Positions 1 to 10,345 of a stretch of DNA of 64,000 nt are shown here, piece by piece. The DNA comes from an uncultured Verrucomicrobiae bacterium (lineage in GTDB: Bacteria > Verrucomicrobiota > Verrucomicrobiia > Chthoniobacterales > UBA10450): positions 1,568,001 through 1,632,000 of the forward strand of contig CAVWPA010000003.1 of assembly GCA_963756875.1 (NCBI GenBank), in the 5' to 3' direction. The notes beneath the pieces were generated by a model. The model saw nothing but the letters and a program-made list of their open reading frames with translations. It did not search any database and was not told where the DNA came from. A program made the position numbers and the translations under genes. Within the stretch, counting starts at the first letter, position 1, and each line of letters opens with the position of its first letter.

Positions 1-1
1 C

Positions 2-778
<777 letters not shown>

Positions 779-900
779 GCGCTCAATCTAAATGCGTTGA
801 TTGAAGCGTGAAAACAGAAAATCAAAATCATTTGGGAGGATTAATCGGATTTTCATGATTTTCATTGAGCATTGGACGTTGAACGTTGAACGTCTTCTGC

Positions 901-2151
901 ATGTGCCAAAGGCCGAGATCCATCTTCGGGCTCCTGTTCGTGCTCGTAATCGTGCTCGATTCCTCGGCGCGCGAGCCGCAGAAGCATCCGCCGGCCAGGC
1001 CGACAACCGAAACCAAAGTTGTTCGGGCGCGCGATCTCGGGGTTCCATTCGATGGAACGCCCGGAAAATGGAACGCCATCACGGATGTCGCCGGCGTGGA
1101 GGTCGGTTATACAACGTTGATCCGTGGCGAAGGCAAGCTTGTGGCCGGCAAGGGCCCGGTGCGCACCGGAGTCACTGCAATCATTCCGCGCGGGCACGAG
1201 TCGTTGAACGATCCGGTTTACGCTGGCGTCTTCGCGTTAAATGGGAATGGCGAGATGACAGGAACAGCCTGGGTGGAGGAGAGCGGATTTCTCGAAGGTC
1301 CCGTTGTGATCACAAATACGCACAGTGTCGGTGTGGCAAGAGACGCGACGATTGCGTGGCGATTCAAGCATGGCGCTGCCGATAAGACCGGTTACTGGTG
1401 GAGTCTGCCGGTGGTTGCCGAAACCTGGGACGGCTGGCTCAACGATATCAATGGCTTTCACGTGAAACCCGAAGATGTTTTTCACGCGCTTGATTCCGCA
1501 CACGGCGGTCCGGTCGAAGAGGGAAGTGTCGGCGGCGGGACAGGGATGATCTGTTACGAGTTCAAGGGTGGCAACGGGACCGCATCGCGAAAGATCGAGA
1601 TCAAGGCTGACAAGCCGCAGTCCGCGGGAAGCAGCGAAGAATCCGGCACTTCGTCCCGTAGTTACACGGTCGGCGTTTTCGTGCAGGCAAATTGCGGGCG
1701 CAGACCGCAGCTCACGATTGCGGGCGTTCCGGTGGGCAAGGAAATACCGGGCTCGGTTTACAAGCAAGAAGCAGGCTCGATCATCATCGTGGTTGCGACA
1801 GACGCGCCGTTGCTGCCAACTCAACTGAAACGTCTCGCCAAGCGCGCATCGCTGGGGCTCGCTCGTACTGGCAGTGTTTCCGGCAACGGCTCGGGCGATT
1901 TGTTCATCGCGTTCTCGACTGCGAATCCGAACGTTGCCAATTCGGACGCGGTCACACATTCAATCCAAACCGTCCCCAACGACCTCATGGATCCGATTTT
2001 CACCGGTGTGGTGCAGGCGACCGAGGAAGCAATTGTAAATGCGTTGGTTGACAATCACGGCATGACCGGTCGCGATGATCATCATGTCGATGCTCTTCCG
2101 CGCGATCGTCTGCGCGAAATCCTGAAGAAGTACAATCGTCTCCAGCAATGA
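901..2151 (+). CDS. P1/S58 family peptidase (DmpA-like L-aminopeptidase/D-esterase), probably secreted
   Basis: RARDLGVPFDGTPGKWNAITDVAGVEVG, GSVGGGTGM, GSIIIVVATDAPL and GSGDLFIAFST motifs; hydrophobic N-terminus. Confidence 0.9.
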   Translation: MCQRPRSIFGLLFVLVIVLDSSAREPQKHPPARPTTETKVVRARDLGVPFDGTPGKWNAITDVAGVEVGYTTLIRGEGKLVAGKGPVRTGVTAIIPRGHESLNDPVYAGVFALNGNGEMTGTAWVEESGFLEGPVVITNTHSVGVARDATIAWRFKHGAADKTGYWWSLPVVAETWDGWLNDINGFHVKPEDVFHALDSAHGGPVEEGSVGGGTGMICYEFKGGNGTASRKIEIKADKPQSAGSSEESGTSSRSYTVGVFVQANCGRRPQLTIAGVPVGKEIPGSVYKQEAGSIIIVVATDAPLLPTQLKRLAKRASLGLARTGSVSGNGSGDLFIAFSTANPNVANSDAVTHSIQTVPNDLMDPIFTGVVQATEEAIVNALVDNHGMTGRDDHHVDALPRDRLREILKKYNRLQQ

Positions 2152-2176
2152 AGCTCGTGCACCGAAGGGATTAAAA

Positions 2177-2545
2177 ATGGTTAAGGTCGAGATTGATCAA
2201 CCGAAGAGGCTGCTTGTGATTCGCTATCACGGACGAATCGGTCCCGGCGCGGTAAAGCAAGCCCTGAAAGAAGTGGGAGCCGGGCTCGAGAAATTGGAAT
2301 CTGGTTTTCAGCTGCTGGTAGATCTGAGCGAATTGGAGTCGATGGAAGTTTCCGCGGCGCCTCACGTGGAAAAAATCATGGACTTATGCAACGAGAAAGG
2401 CGTGACCAGGGTAGTGAGAATCATTCCTGATCCTCACCGCGACATTGGTTTGCAGATCATGTCTTATTTTCATTACGGAACGGGCGTTCACATCGTCACC
2501 TGCCAGACCGTGGCCGAAGCGAATGAAATACTCGGGCAAAATTAG
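2177..2545 (+). CDS. Hypothetical protein (STAS/SpoIIAA-like alpha/beta pattern)
   Basis: 122-aa ORF with AAGGGA upstream and protein-like composition; the fold assignment is a guess. Confidence 0.65.
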   Translation: MVKVEIDQPKRLLVIRYHGRIGPGAVKQALKEVGAGLEKLESGFQLLVDLSELESMEVSAAPHVEKIMDLCNEKGVTRVVRIIPDPHRDIGLQIMSYFHYGTGVHIVTCQTVAEANEILGQN

Positions 2546-3447
2546 CCTGCCGCGGATCGATGGACCAAAAGCGCCGCGGCAATGTCTTCCACCGCCAGTC
2601 CGAGCGATTTGAAGATCGTGGTCTCGTTCGCGCGCGAAGGACCTTTGCCTGCGAACGCTTCGCCCAGCTCGGCGTAGATTTTTGCGCCGGACAAAATCAC
2701 GTCGCCCGATTCATTCATTGCGGCTTCGCGCGAATCGACGAAGACCACATTCGCCATTGTTTCGTTATCCAGTTCGCGCCAATCGGCACGACACGCGCCG
2801 ACCGCGTTGACATGGCAGCCGGGCTTTAACCATCCGCCGTTTAAAACGGGTGTGCGCGAACTTGTGGCGGTGACGACAACGTCAGCGCCGCGCACTGCTT
2901 CCTCCGCAGACGTGGCTGTCGCGCCGATTTCTTTTGCGAGCTGCTCGGCATGCGCTTTCGTCGGACTCCAGACGCGAATTTCTTCAAATTGCCTGACGAG
3001 TCCCAGCGCCTCCGCATGACTGCGCGCCTGAACGCCGCTGCCGAGGATCGCAAGAACTCTGGCATCCGGCGGCGCAAGAAGTTTTGTTGCAGCCGCTGAA
3101 ACCGCGGCGGTGCGCATCTCTGTGATCAGCCGGCCGTCCATTATTGCGAGCGGCGCTCCGGTTTCCGGATCGGCGAGAAAAATCGTTGCCATGTGTGTTG
3201 GCAGACCGCGTCCCGCATTCGGGGGATAGAAGGTCACGATTTTCAGGCCGAGTCCGTCGGCCAGAGCAGGCATGATTCCGAAAAATCCGCCATGCGCGTC
3301 GACCGGGATGATCGAGCGTAGCGGCTGTATCACCCTGCCCGCTGAAAAATCGAACAGCGCTTTTTCCATCACCGGAATCAGCTCTTCCATCCTCAGATGC
3401 TGCCGTACCTGTTCTTCGTCGAGATATAAAGGCTGGCTGATTTGCAT
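2542..3447 (-). CDS. Ornithine cyclodeaminase / mu-crystallin family protein
   Basis: ITEMRTAAVSAAATK, ILGSGVQARSH and IFKSLGLAVEDIAAA motifs; start moved to MQISQPL at 3447. Confidence 0.9.
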   Translation of the reverse strand: MQISQPLYLDEEQVRQHLRMEELIPVMEKALFDFSAGRVIQPLRSIIPVDAHGGFFGIMPALADGLGLKIVTFYPPNAGRGLPTHMATIFLADPETGAPLAIMDGRLITEMRTAAVSAAATKLLAPPDARVLAILGSGVQARSHAEALGLVRQFEEIRVWSPTKAHAEQLAKEIGATATSAEEAVRGADVVVTATSSRTPVLNGGWLKPGCHVNAVGACRADWRELDNETMANVVFVDSREAAMNESGDVILSGAKIYAELGEAFAGKGPSRANETTIFKSLGLAVEDIAAALLVHRSAAG

Positions 3448-3580
3448 TGGGCGTTGACCTCCGGAGCGTAGAGCCGTTTTAGCGGCGCTTGTTCCCACAG
3501 GCAAGTTAACCGATTGGTGATCTGCGGCCTTTGGAACAAGATTAGCTTTACACACGGCCAAAATTGGAGGAATCACCAAG

Positions 3581-4006
3581 ATGGCAATGTTTACGCGAAG
3601 GACCGACCCTGTGACTCCAGCATCCCAGCCGGCGGCACCATCTCTAACTTCACAACAATCTAATTCCGCACCTGCTCCGGCCCCGTCCGGTGGTATTCTC
3701 TCGCGTGGAGTTTCCATCAAAGGCTCCGTCAAATTTACGAACGAGCTGCTGATTGACGGTGAAGTGGAAGGCGAAATCAATTCGACCGGCACACTCACGG
3801 TCGGCGAGCACGCCCGAATTCGTGGCGAGATCAAGGCGAAATCGGTGAAAGTGAAGGGGAACGTCGAGGGCAATATCTCGGCGACAGAACGCTGCGAGCT
3901 CCAGCCCGGCTGCACGTTGCACGGCGACATCGAAGCGCCGCGATTGGTGGTTGACGAGAACGCCAGCTTCTTCGGCAGCGCCAAAGTCGCGACGAAAAAG
4001 CAGTAA
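3581..4006 (+). CDS. Bactofilin (polymer-forming cytoskeletal protein, CcmA family)
   Basis: ILSRGVSIKGSVKF..LLIDGEVEGEI..LTVGEHARIRGEIKA beta-helix pattern; GGAGG upstream. Confidence 0.92.
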   Translation: MAMFTRRTDPVTPASQPAAPSLTSQQSNSAPAPAPSGGILSRGVSIKGSVKFTNELLIDGEVEGEINSTGTLTVGEHARIRGEIKAKSVKVKGNVEGNISATERCELQPGCTLHGDIEAPRLVVDENASFFGSAKVATKKQ

Positions 4007-4062
4007 AAGCCGGCAGTTCAATTGCGGATCACTCAACGCGGCTTTCGCTGCCAGTGGCGTTC

Positions 4063-4167
4063 ACCCGCGAATCACGCGAATGAACGCGAATACGAAAGTG
4101 CAGCGGCAACGGCGCTTTCATAACCGCCCCCTTTTTTGATTCGCGTTCATTGGCGTGATTCGCGGGT
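4063..4167. repeat. Inverted pair of 9-mer tandem arrays (CGCGAATNA)
   Basis: acccgcgaatcacgcgaatgaacgcgaat ... attcgcgttcattggcgtgattcgcgggt. Confidence 0.85.
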
Positions 4168-4218
4168 TGAGAAATCTTCGCAAGACTTCGGTTGCGTTGA
4201 AGAGGATCCGCTAAAAAA

Positions 4219-4248
4219 CCCGCCTTCGCCTGGCTTCGGCGCGGCAGG
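4219..4248. repeat. About 30-bp CCGCCTTCGC...CGGCGCGGCAGG mini-element (related copies at ~54500, ~55739, ~58011)
   Basis: Four similar copies seen in the window; this one is flanked by a CGCTAAAAAA direct repeat. Confidence 0.8.
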
Positions 4249-4340
4249 CGCTAAAAAAACACGAAAGGTTCGGGTAAGAACCTTTATCGGTTTTGTTTGG
4301 CGCCATTTAGCATATTTGGCGGACCATGTCCTTCTGACAC

Positions 4341-4541
4341 CTAGTCTTCCAACTCCTCGAACATTTCCCGCTTTAAATTCTGGCGTGCTGCCTTCTTGAC
4401 TGCGCGGCGCGCCGCCGCGACTGCCTGTTTCTCCTTTTGCCGATCTTTCCGCGTGCGTTTGTCGATTCCGGCCGGCAAATGCGAGATCATGGGCCGTTGA
4501 GCGCCTACCTTGTGTTCGTTCGGCTTCGCGTACGGATCCAT
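4341..4541 (-). CDS. Small basic hypothetical protein
   Basis: 66-aa ATG ORF with helical, charged composition, divergent from nfeD. Confidence 0.55.
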   Translation of the reverse strand: MDPYAKPNEHKVGAQRPMISHLPAGIDKRTRKDRQKEKQAVAAARRAVKKAARQNLKREMFEELED

Positions 4542-4632
4542 CGCCGCAATGTATCACCGGGGCGCCCTGCTTGAACTCATTTTCGCTGCTGTAGATCGCT
4601 CGGGGAAGTGGTAGCTTGCATGGAAGATCGAG

Positions 4633-5919
4633 ATGAAGATTGCGTCGACATGCTTGGCTTTCTGGCTGGTGTGCGCGGCTACCACTCCGGCGGCGGAGAA
4701 GGTTTCTCTGATCAAAATCGACGGAGCGATCGGTCCGGCGACTGCGAGTTACATTTCGCGAAGTATCGATGAAGCCCGGACGCAGAACGCACAATGCTTG
4801 ATCGTTCAACTCAACACGCCGGGCGGTTTGCTCGATTCGACGCAAAAGATCGTGCAAGACTTTTTGGGGTCGCCTGTGCCAGTGGTAGTTTACGTCGCTC
4901 CGACGGGCGCGACCGCGACCAGCGCCGGTTGTTTCATTACGATCGCCGCAAGCGTCGCGGCAATGGCGCCGGCCACGACCATTGGTGCAGCGCATCCGGT
5001 GACGTTGGGGGGTGGTTCGACCGGCGGCGAACAGAAGCTCGACGAAACGATGAAACAGAAGCTTGAGAATTTTTCTGTAAGCTACATGGAGGCAATTGCG
5101 GCGCGGCGCCATCACAACGTCGAGTGGGCCAAATCGGCCGTGCGTGAGAGCGCGTCTATCAGCGCAGAGAAAGCGCTCCAGTTAAAAGTCATCGATTTGA
5201 TCGCTGTCGATCGTACGGAGTTGCTGAAGCAGTTAAATGGACGCGTGGTGGATGGCAAGACGCTCCAGACCGCAGGCGCAGAGGTCGTGGAGATTAAGAT
5301 GTCGGCGTCCGAACGCGTCTTCCAAAAGCTCTGGCGACCCGAAGTCATGTTCATTCTCATGCTCATTGCGATCTACGGAATCATCGGTGAAATGACCACG
5401 CCTGGCGCGATTCTGCCTGGGGTGGTTGGCGCGATTGCGTTGATCCTTGCGCTCTATATGGCGGCGATTCTGCCGGTCAACGTGACCGGACTTGTGTTGA
5501 TCGCGCTCGCACTGATGCTTTTCATCTTTGATGTTTATGCGCCCACGCACGGTGTTCTGACTATGAGCGGGATCATTTCATTTCTGATCGGCTCGCTCAT
5601 GCTCTTCAACCGCGCCGATCCACTCTTTCGTTTATCGCTCAGCTTCATCATTCCGGCGACACTGGTTACCGCGGCGTTCTTTGTTTTCGTCGTTGGAAAG
5701 GGTTTGCGCGCGCAGCTCTGGCCCGTGAAGGCCGGAGCGGAAACGATGATCGGAAGAAAAGTGACCGCGTTGACGCTAATCGATTCGCACGGCGGCAGGA
5801 TCTTCGTCGAAGGCGAGTATTGGAACGCGGTCAGCGACCGACCCATCGAGAAAGGCGAAGCCGTAGAGATCGCAGCGGTGCAAGGATTAACTCTAAAAGT
5901 AAAAACCATAGAAGACTAA
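4633..5919 (+). CDS. NfeD family membrane-bound serine protease (ClpP-like domain plus OB fold)
   Basis: LNTPGGLLDS, ATSAGCFI, IGAAHPV and GRIFVEGEYWNAVS motifs; adjacent to an SPFH gene. Confidence 0.93.
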   Translation: MKIASTCLAFWLVCAATTPAAEKVSLIKIDGAIGPATASYISRSIDEARTQNAQCLIVQLNTPGGLLDSTQKIVQDFLGSPVPVVVYVAPTGATATSAGCFITIAASVAAMAPATTIGAAHPVTLGGGSTGGEQKLDETMKQKLENFSVSYMEAIAARRHHNVEWAKSAVRESASISAEKALQLKVIDLIAVDRTELLKQLNGRVVDGKTLQTAGAEVVEIKMSASERVFQKLWRPEVMFILMLIAIYGIIGEMTTPGAILPGVVGAIALILALYMAAILPVNVTGLVLIALALMLFIFDVYAPTHGVLTMSGIISFLIGSLMLFNRADPLFRLSLSFIIPATLVTAAFFVFVVGKGLRAQLWPVKAGAETMIGRKVTALTLIDSHGGRIFVEGEYWNAVSDRPIEKGEAVEIAAVQGLTLKVKTIED

Positions 5920-5923
5920 AGCC

Positions 5924-6709
5924 ATGTCATTATCCGAAGGACCATTGAAGTTAATTAGTTGGCTCATACCCCTCATCATCCTGGGTGTGATCATGCTGCC
6001 CCAGGCCATCCGCATCCTGCGCGAATACGAACGGGGTGTGATTTTCCGGCTCGGAAAATTACTCGGCGCGAAAGGGCCGGGGCTGATTTTCCTCATCCCG
6101 ATTGTCGATCGAATGGTGCGAATGGATTTGCGCGTTGTGACGATCAACGTCGAACGACAAGAGGTGATGACGCGTGACAACGTGCCGGTGACGGTTGATG
6201 CGGTCGTTTATTTCCGCGTGGTCGATCCGCAAGCCGCGGTGGTGAAAGTGGTGAATTTTCTCCAAGCGACCTCGCTCATTGCCCAGACCACGCTGCGCAG
6301 CGTGCTCGGCCAGGCCCCCCTGGATGACCTGCTTTCGCAGCGCGAGTCGATCAACCTGAAGTTGCAGGAGATCATCGACCGGCAAACCGAGCCATGGGGG
6401 GTGAAAGTCACGGCGGTCGAGGTAAAGGACGTGGCGCTGCCCGACACCATGAAACGCGCCATGGCCAAGCAGGCCGAAGCCGAGCGCGAGCGCCGCGCAA
6501 AGATCGTCAACGCCGAGGGCGAATTTCAGGCCGCGGAAAAAATGGTGCAGGCCGCCGCGATGATGAGCAAAGAGCCGATTGCGCTGCAACTGCGTTTCCT
6601 GCAAACTATGCGTGAAATTTCCAGCGAGCACAATACGACGACGTTTCTTCCAGTTCCGATCGATCTCTTCGCACCCTTCACGAACAAAGGCGGGCCACCC
6701 AAGCCATAG
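5924..6709 (+). CDS. SPFH/stomatin-like (slipin) protein
   Basis: REYERGVIFRLGK, TRDNVPVTVDAVVYFRV and AMAKQAEAERERRAK motifs. Confidence 0.95.
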   Translation: MSLSEGPLKLISWLIPLIILGVIMLPQAIRILREYERGVIFRLGKLLGAKGPGLIFLIPIVDRMVRMDLRVVTINVERQEVMTRDNVPVTVDAVVYFRVVDPQAAVVKVVNFLQATSLIAQTTLRSVLGQAPLDDLLSQRESINLKLQEIIDRQTEPWGVKVTAVEVKDVALPDTMKRAMAKQAEAERERRAKIVNAEGEFQAAEKMVQAAAMMSKEPIALQLRFLQTMREISSEHNTTTFLPVPIDLFAPFTNKGGPPKP

Positions 6710-6879
6710 GACGAACGAAGAGAACGTCCGGCGTTCAACGTCCACTTGGCAGAAATCAGAAATACACAGTGGACGCGACCTCAATGTCGCGCTCCCTATC
6801 GGCAGTTGGTTGTTAATTCGGCGGACGGATAATATTTACTGCGTGCGTGAACGCCCAGCCGAGTCTTAGTTTGGAAAAT

Positions 6880-7833
6880 ATGTCTCTCGATCTCGATAGG
6901 ATTCGCGCGGCCCATGAGCGGATCCGTCCTTACATCAAGCGGACGCCGGTGATGACAAGCGAACGGTTGGATCAGGCGAGCGGCGCGTCGTTGTTTTTTA
7001 AGTGCGAGAATTTTCAAAAGATCGGTGCGTTTAAGGCGCGCGGGGCGACCAACGCGGTCTTTTCGCTCGACGAGGCGGCAGCAAAACGCGGTGTGGCCAC
7101 GCATTCCTCGGGCAACCATGGGGCGGCACTGGCGTGGGCGGCGAAACTGCGTGGAATGCCCGCGCACATCGTGATGCCGTCGAATTCGGCCAGGGTGAAG
7201 GTGCGAGCCGTTGAAAGCTACGGGGCGCAGATCGCCTACTGCGAACCGACGGAAGCAGCGCGCGAGACTGCGTGCGCCGAAGTAATCGCAAGAACTGGCG
7301 CGACGCTTATTCACTCGTTCGAAAACGAAGATGTGATGGCGGGGCAGGGGACAGCGGCAGTCGAATTGCTCGAGGATGTTTCCGATCTCGATCTGGTCCT
7401 CTGTCCGGTCGGTGGTGGCGGTTTGCTTTCCGGCACGGCCGTCGCGGCAAAATCGATGCGGCCGCAAATCAAAGTGGTGGCGGCGGAACCGGCGAATGCT
7501 GACGATGCGGCCCAGTCTTTTCGTGCGGGGCGATTGATTCGCACAGAAAAGAAGTTCACCATCGCCGATGGATTGCGAACAAATGTCGGTGCGCCGAATT
7601 TCGCGATGATTCAGCGCTACGTGGACGACATCCTGACAGTCACTGAAGAGGCAATTGTCGCGGCCATGCGAACGATTTGGGAGACGATGAAAATTATTAT
7701 CGAGCCATCAGCGGCTGTTCCGTACGCGGTGATCGAAACGTCGGCAGGCAAAATGGATATTGCCGGCAAGCGCGTTGGAATCATTCTCACCGGCGGCAAC
7801 GTCGATCTCGACGCGTTGCCATGGAATCTATAG
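6880..7833 (+). CDS. PLP-dependent serine/threonine dehydratase or serine racemase
   Basis: FKCENFQKIGAFKARGA (PLP lysine), SSGNHG and VGGGGLLSG motifs. Confidence 0.92.
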   Translation: MSLDLDRIRAAHERIRPYIKRTPVMTSERLDQASGASLFFKCENFQKIGAFKARGATNAVFSLDEAAAKRGVATHSSGNHGAALAWAAKLRGMPAHIVMPSNSARVKVRAVESYGAQIAYCEPTEAARETACAEVIARTGATLIHSFENEDVMAGQGTAAVELLEDVSDLDLVLCPVGGGGLLSGTAVAAKSMRPQIKVVAAEPANADDAAQSFRAGRLIRTEKKFTIADGLRTNVGAPNFAMIQRYVDDILTVTEEAIVAAMRTIWETMKIIIEPSAAVPYAVIETSAGKMDIAGKRVGIILTGGNVDLDALPWNL

Positions 7834-7959
7834 AGGGCCCCGCGCCGGCTGCAAAGCCATAGTGAGTGCAGCCGGCACGGCTTGCCTCTACAGAGGAACC
7901 GCGGAGTGACCGACTGCCGAGTCGGTGCCGCCCGGACGGCGCGCCGCGCCGTCCCTACC
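7831..7959. repeat. Two adjacent degenerate REP doublets ending in CTAC
   Basis: gcagccggcacggcttgcctctaca and ggacggcgcgccgcgccgtccctacc hairpins between convergent genes. Confidence 0.7.
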
Positions 7960-8023
7960 ATTTAACGAAGGCGCCTCCCCGGTTGGGGCCGGAGAGGCAC
8001 TATCGAAATTTTCGAAGAACGCC

Positions 8024-8500
8024 TTATTTCAGCGTGACTTCGCGCATAAGTTTGGTCCCGAGAATGTCGCGGATCTCCATGCGTTTGACCGAGCCCTGAT
8101 GCATCTGCTCTTCGCTCCCGATCATTTTTCGCTCAATCGGGTCGGTCCTTTCCCGAATGTTATCGAGCGCCGCCATGTTTTTGTATTCGACCATCAGTAA
8201 AACATCGAAATCGCCGTGGCAGGCAGCGTCGCCGATGAAGATTTTGTAATCCATGATGATGCCTTCTTTTTTCATCTCGTCGCTGCTCTTCTTGTAGGCT
8301 CCGGCAAGATTTTTGAGGTAATCATCGGTCATACCCGGCTTGGTTTTGACCATGGTAACGTCCCAGACGGTGCCTTCGGTGTAAGGCGCCATGCTGCCGC
8401 CGGCGGCGGATGTTTTGCTGGTTTGCGCAGAACAAAGGCCCGCGAGGCCAAGTGAAAGCGCAACGATTGCGATGACATTAAGTTTCTTGATTGTGTTCAT
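8024..8500 (-). CDS. Secreted hypothetical protein
   Basis: Sec-type signal peptide (..GLCSA|Q); AGGAGG ribosome-binding site upstream. Confidence 0.8.
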   Translation of the reverse strand: MNTIKKLNVIAIVALSLGLAGLCSAQTSKTSAAGGSMAPYTEGTVWDVTMVKTKPGMTDDYLKNLAGAYKKSSDEMKKEGIIMDYKIFIGDAACHGDFDVLLMVEYKNMAALDNIRERTDPIERKMIGSEEQMHQGSVKRMEIRDILGTKLMREVTLK

Positions 8501-8639
8501 TTAATTCCTCCTGAGTTGGAGCTGTTGTTTTTTTTGAGTTTGGAGTTTGCCGCTAGCAAACGTCCGTTACAACAGCTGGTTATTCTGGAAGACTGCGGTT
8601 TTGATTGACAGCTGGCGAGAACAAATTTTGTTCTTTCTT

Positions 8640-9674
8640 ATGAAAACAAACTTGTCTCGCGTCGTGGTCGCCGCTTTCTCGCTTGGTTTTGCAACAAACA
8701 TCGCGACCGCGCAATCAACCGGGGCGACGATGAAGGCGATCGTCGTGCATGAGTACGGCGGGCCGGAAGTTTTGAAATATGAAGACGCGCGGCGTCCGGA
8801 ACCGAAGGAGGATGAGGTTCTCATCCGCGTGATGGCCGCCGGCGTGAATCCGGTGGATACGTACGTGAGGCAGGGGACCCTGGCGAAAAGAGGCATGGAC
8901 AATCGTCCGTTAATCCCTGGCTATGATATTTCCGGCGTGGTCGTGGAAACCGGCGCGAACATCAGCAACTTTAAGGTTGGCGACGCGGTTTACGCGTACC
9001 TGCCCGTTGTACGGGGAGGTGGTTACGCGGAATTTGCGGTTGCCAAGGAAGGCGAGATGGCGCTTAAGCCGAAGAACATCGATTTTGAAAAAGCGGCTGC
9101 GGTTCCGCTGGCAGCGACGACGGCGTGGCAAGCGCTCGTCGATACGGCGAAGATCCAGAAAGGGCAAACGGTGCTCGTTCACGGCGGCTCGGGCGGCGTG
9201 GGAAGTTTTGCGGTGCAAATCGCAAAAGCGCGCGGCGCCAAAGTTATCGCCACCGCCTCAACGGCAAATCAGGATCTGCTCAAGCAACTCGGAGTCGATG
9301 AGCCGATCGACTACACGAAGACAAAGTTCGAGGACGTGGTGAAAGATGTCGACGTAGTGCTCAACGCGGTGCGCGGAGACACGCTTGCCCGTTCCTACGG
9401 CGTGGTGAAGAAGGGAGGCATTATCGTTTCGATTACCGGCGAGCCCGATCAGGCCGAGTGCGGGAAACATGGTATTCGCGGAGTGGGTTTAATGGCTCAT
9501 CCGGATGCGAAAGCGCTGGAAGAACTGACCCAATTGATCGAAGCGAACAAGATCACGCCGATCGTGTCGCAGGTTTTTCCTTTGGCGGAAGCTGCCAAGG
9601 CGCAGGAACAAATCGAAACGCATCACACCCGCGGCAAGATTGTCCTGAAGGTGGCGAACGGGCCGAAATCCTGA
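8640..9674 (+). CDS. NADP-dependent oxidoreductase (quinone oxidoreductase-like MDR family)
   Basis: HEYGGPEVL, AAGVNPVD, VLVHGGSGGVGSFAVQ and RGKIVL motifs. Confidence 0.92.
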   Translation: MKTNLSRVVVAAFSLGFATNIATAQSTGATMKAIVVHEYGGPEVLKYEDARRPEPKEDEVLIRVMAAGVNPVDTYVRQGTLAKRGMDNRPLIPGYDISGVVVETGANISNFKVGDAVYAYLPVVRGGGYAEFAVAKEGEMALKPKNIDFEKAAAVPLAATTAWQALVDTAKIQKGQTVLVHGGSGGVGSFAVQIAKARGAKVIATASTANQDLLKQLGVDEPIDYTKTKFEDVVKDVDVVLNAVRGDTLARSYGVVKKGGIIVSITGEPDQAECGKHGIRGVGLMAHPDAKALEELTQLIEANKITPIVSQVFPLAEAAKAQEQIETHHTRGKIVLKVANGPKS

Positions 9675-9709
9675 CGAGCCCGCTATTTTCTACACCGCAG
9701 GGGAAGGCG

Positions 9710-10156
9710 TTACTTGCACGGGCCGGGAACAGGAATAACGAATTTCCCGTCCTTTTCGGCGACGAAATTCTCGCTCTTGCTGGTCGAAGAGCCGTTGGCG
9801 TTCTTGGTTTCGATGGTGATAACAAGTTTTTTAGTCGGCTTCAACGTCAGGCAAACCTTGCCACCTGTCGGCGAATCCTGAGACGCTGCCGCCTTGGCGG
9901 CATCTTCCGGAGTCAGAGCGACCAATTCGATCTTGGAGACTTTTGAGCCGGCCTGGGCCGCCTGCATCATTTTGTAAAAACCGACAATCGCCGGGTCGGA
10001 CCCTTGTGTGTAGAGGAACGATTCCAACGTGGCGTTATCTTTGGCTTCGAGGGCTGCTTTGTATTTGTCGGTAAACGCCTTTTCATCCGCCGCGTGGCAA
10101 CGGATCGAAAATGATGCAACGAGAATGAAAGAAAGAAGAGTGATAATTGATTTCAT
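9710..10156 (-). CDS. Secreted hypothetical protein
   Basis: Signal peptide (..RCHA|AD); 148-aa ORF. Confidence 0.75.
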   Translation of the reverse strand: MKSIITLLSFILVASFSIRCHAADEKAFTDKYKAALEAKDNATLESFLYTQGSDPAIVGFYKMMQAAQAGSKVSKIELVALTPEDAAKAAASQDSPTGGKVCLTLKPTKKLVITIETKNANGSSTSKSENFVAEKDGKFVIPVPGPCK

Positions 10157-10180
10157 GTAACTTTTTTCCAGCTACGAGTG

Positions 10181-10345
10181 TGTTGCCGCTTCAATGACTG
10201 GTTGCGGCGGGTCGAGCCAAGTAGGTTGTCCCGGCGTGCACAAGCTTTTTCGGTGCGGCACAGCCCGAGATGTCTGGGAGCGGGACGGATTACTAACTTT
10301 GCGTCTCCGCGTGCCAGTCGAAGGAAGGGAGCTTTTGCGGCAGCA
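10181..10345 (+). ncRNA. Candidate structured ncRNA (long rod with central bubble, 6S-like size)
   Basis: Nested helices 10181-89/10337-45, 10196-202/10313-19 and 10220-33/10281-94; G-U wobbles work only on the + strand; family not recognised. Confidence 0.35.

Noticed and set aside
4147..5115. 322-aa minus-strand ORF
   Set aside because: Overlaps nfeD antisense and repeat DNA; no protein-like motifs.
10305..10335. SRP RNA-like GAAGGAAG string
   Set aside because: Lacks the CAGG-stem-GNRA-stem-AGCAG helix-8 geometry.
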